10,621 nt of DNA from Azolla caroliniana (taxonomy: Eukaryota > Plantae > Polypodiophyta), in assembly GCA_043228905.1 (NCBI GenBank), contig JBHGNT010001251.1, positions 1 through 10,621 of the forward strand. Reading direction: 5' to 3'. Shown here piece after piece: positions 9,298 to 10,621 of the stretch. The number at the start of each line of letters is the position of its first letter. Within the stretch, counting starts at the first letter, position 1. The translations under genes and the position numbers were made by a program. Below the pieces are notes generated by a model that searched no databases, was not told the origin of the DNA, and saw only the letters and a program-made list of their open reading frames with translations.

Positions 9298-9485
9298 TCA
9301 GCTGCTTTTCTTGGTTCCAGCCTGCTCTTCTAATATACTCAGTTCAAGTAAATGTTCTGCTTCTTTGAGGAACTTCTTTGTAAGTGACTTTTGCCCGAGT
9401 CGATATATTACACAAGATCTCACATTTTGTGTCATCATCAAGTCTGGACTATCATCACCCCTGCACAACCAATGGACGTGATCGC

Positions 9486-9526
<41 letters not shown>

Positions 9527-10283
9527 ATGACTCAAAAAATAGAAGTATTTTGACACTTCCAACGATGGCTGGAAGTATATACCTCGAGAGCAACCTCTTG
9601 TCGGACTCTTCAGAACCAGTACCTTCCTCAAGCTCCATCAATCTTTTCAATACATAAGTGCACATGTGGTGGAGTCATTAAATTTTGAATCAGAGAAAGA
9701 CAGCATATATGTTTGTAATGTTACCTGGATGAGATCAGATCTGTTAGAAGCTGCAAGGCATCCACATTTCCACACACCTCCCACACAGCAGCTCTTATAT
9801 CATCACCAGATGGTGTCTTTTGCATCCCAGTCTGTGATAACTACATGTACCATAAATTTAGTTATAATAAAGACACTACTAGATGGCATTTTTCCTATAG
9901 ACTAATCACGTATTTCTTAGAAGAGAAACCCCCCAAATAGATTAAATTCACAACTACTTTGAGAATGATGCCCGTCTTGGGACTGGAATTCTTCATATAT
10001 TGCATTTTAGATTCATATCAGAATAAAGTACCTCCTCCAACATGGAAACAACAGTCTGCAGTTCATCTTCTTTCATCGCAACAATACGAAGGGCTGCAAT
10101 CATATCCTCGGGAAAAACAAACTGTTTCAAGAATGATGGTGGCTTGCGATTTCCACTCCAGCTATAGCTTGTACAAGAAGCAGGATTATCACATTCCAAA
10201 GTATTTGGTTGAGAGATAGATTCCTTGCTATAAAACCCACTTTGTAATAAAGAACCCGGAAGTAGCCATCGTAATGTCAAGTT
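9298..10283 (-). CDS. SET-domain / Rubisco LSMT-family protein methyltransferase (At1g01920-like), 3' portion. Exons: 10283-10032, 9840-9725, 9642-9583, 9460-9298; upstream exons are outside the window.
   Basis: Phase-consistent GT-AG exons give NLTLRWLLPGSLLQSGFY...SCTSYSWSGNRKPPSFLKQFVFPEDMIAALRIVAMKEDELQTVVSMLEE/LSQTGMQKTPSGDDIRAAVWEVCGNVDALQLLTDLISSR/LMELEEGTGSEESDKRLLSR/GDDSPDLMMTQNVRSCVIYRLGQKSLTKKFLKEAEHLLELSILEEQAGTKKSS*. This matches the recalled C-terminus of plant At1g01920-type proteins (FSWSG.RK.P, VFPEDF, AVWEACG, LEE.SGTE, VYRRGQK.LT..LKEAEH). The SET domain itself is not in the window. Confidence 0.88.
9488..9525. repeat. (AG)n microsatellite in the last intron of the SET gene; it is (CT)n on the sense strand
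   Basis: Direct reading; it lies about 27 nt upstream of the acceptor at 9462-9461. Confidence 0.95.
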
Positions 10284-10313
10284 CTTAATAAAACAAGCAA
10301 TAAATATCTATGA

Positions 10314-10317
<4 letters not shown>

Positions 10318-10384
<67 letters not shown>

Positions 10385-10414
10385 TTGTCTCTCTCTCTCT
10401 CTCATTGTCTCTCT
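10318..10414. repeat. Compound (CT)n(CA)n microsatellite with following CATTG(TC)n units, intronic
   Basis: Direct reading of the sequence. Confidence 0.93.
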
Positions 10415-10504
10415 TCATAAATGGTATTACGTTATAACATGACACCAAAAATACAATCACATGACCATTGTCTAAACATCAAAGGCACTCCACAAGGTTG
10501 CAAG

Positions 10505-10621
10505 TAGCAATGGGCATGGTTTCGGCTCGAACCGATCCGACCCGTTAAGTTATGGTTTCACGGTTTATTGGTTCCAAAAAAATTAATGGTTTGGTTTGGT
10601 TTGGATTTTTGATAAACGGTT
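10505..10621. mobile_element. Probable terminus of a non-autonomous DNA transposon (hAT/MITE-like) in a SET-gene intron; runs off the window
   Basis: ATGGGCATGGTTTCGG is followed by clustered CGGTT/AACCG/GGTTT subterminal-type motifs, typical of plant hAT-related elements. The other end is not visible. Confidence 0.4.

Noticed and set aside
1225-10283. Three co-oriented genes as a functional cluster or novel system
   Set aside because: The families are unrelated and widely conserved, are separated by TE-derived spacers, and show no shared pathway evidence in the sequence.

Overview
AT-rich, microsatellite-dense, intron-containing land-plant nuclear DNA; the repeat and LINE style is fern-like, but that is an inference. 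Three spliced genes lie in tandem on the minus strand. (1) The last four coding exons of a SET-domain / Rubisco-LSMT-family methyltransferase resembling Arabidopsis At1g01920 (10283-9298); its 5' part is outside the window. (2) A complete five-exon, 219-aa WBP2-like PH-GRAM (UPF0664-like) gene resembling At5g11680 (6027-3639). (3) The first coding exon of a TVP38/TMEM64 (SNARE-associated Golgi / DedA-type) membrane protein resembling At5g19070 (1320 or 1530 to 1225); the rest lies to the left of the window. Between genes 1 and 2 is a decayed, 5'-truncated L1-type LINE (post-RT region plus zf-RVT) that ends about 300 bp upstream of the WBP2-like ATG. It is abutted by two inverted tRNA-like (SINE-head-like) motifs. 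Introns and upstream regions carry several layered tandem repeats. I found no convincing novel multi-gene system; the oddities are regulatory or repeat-level. Homologue assignments come from recalled sequences, not a database search.
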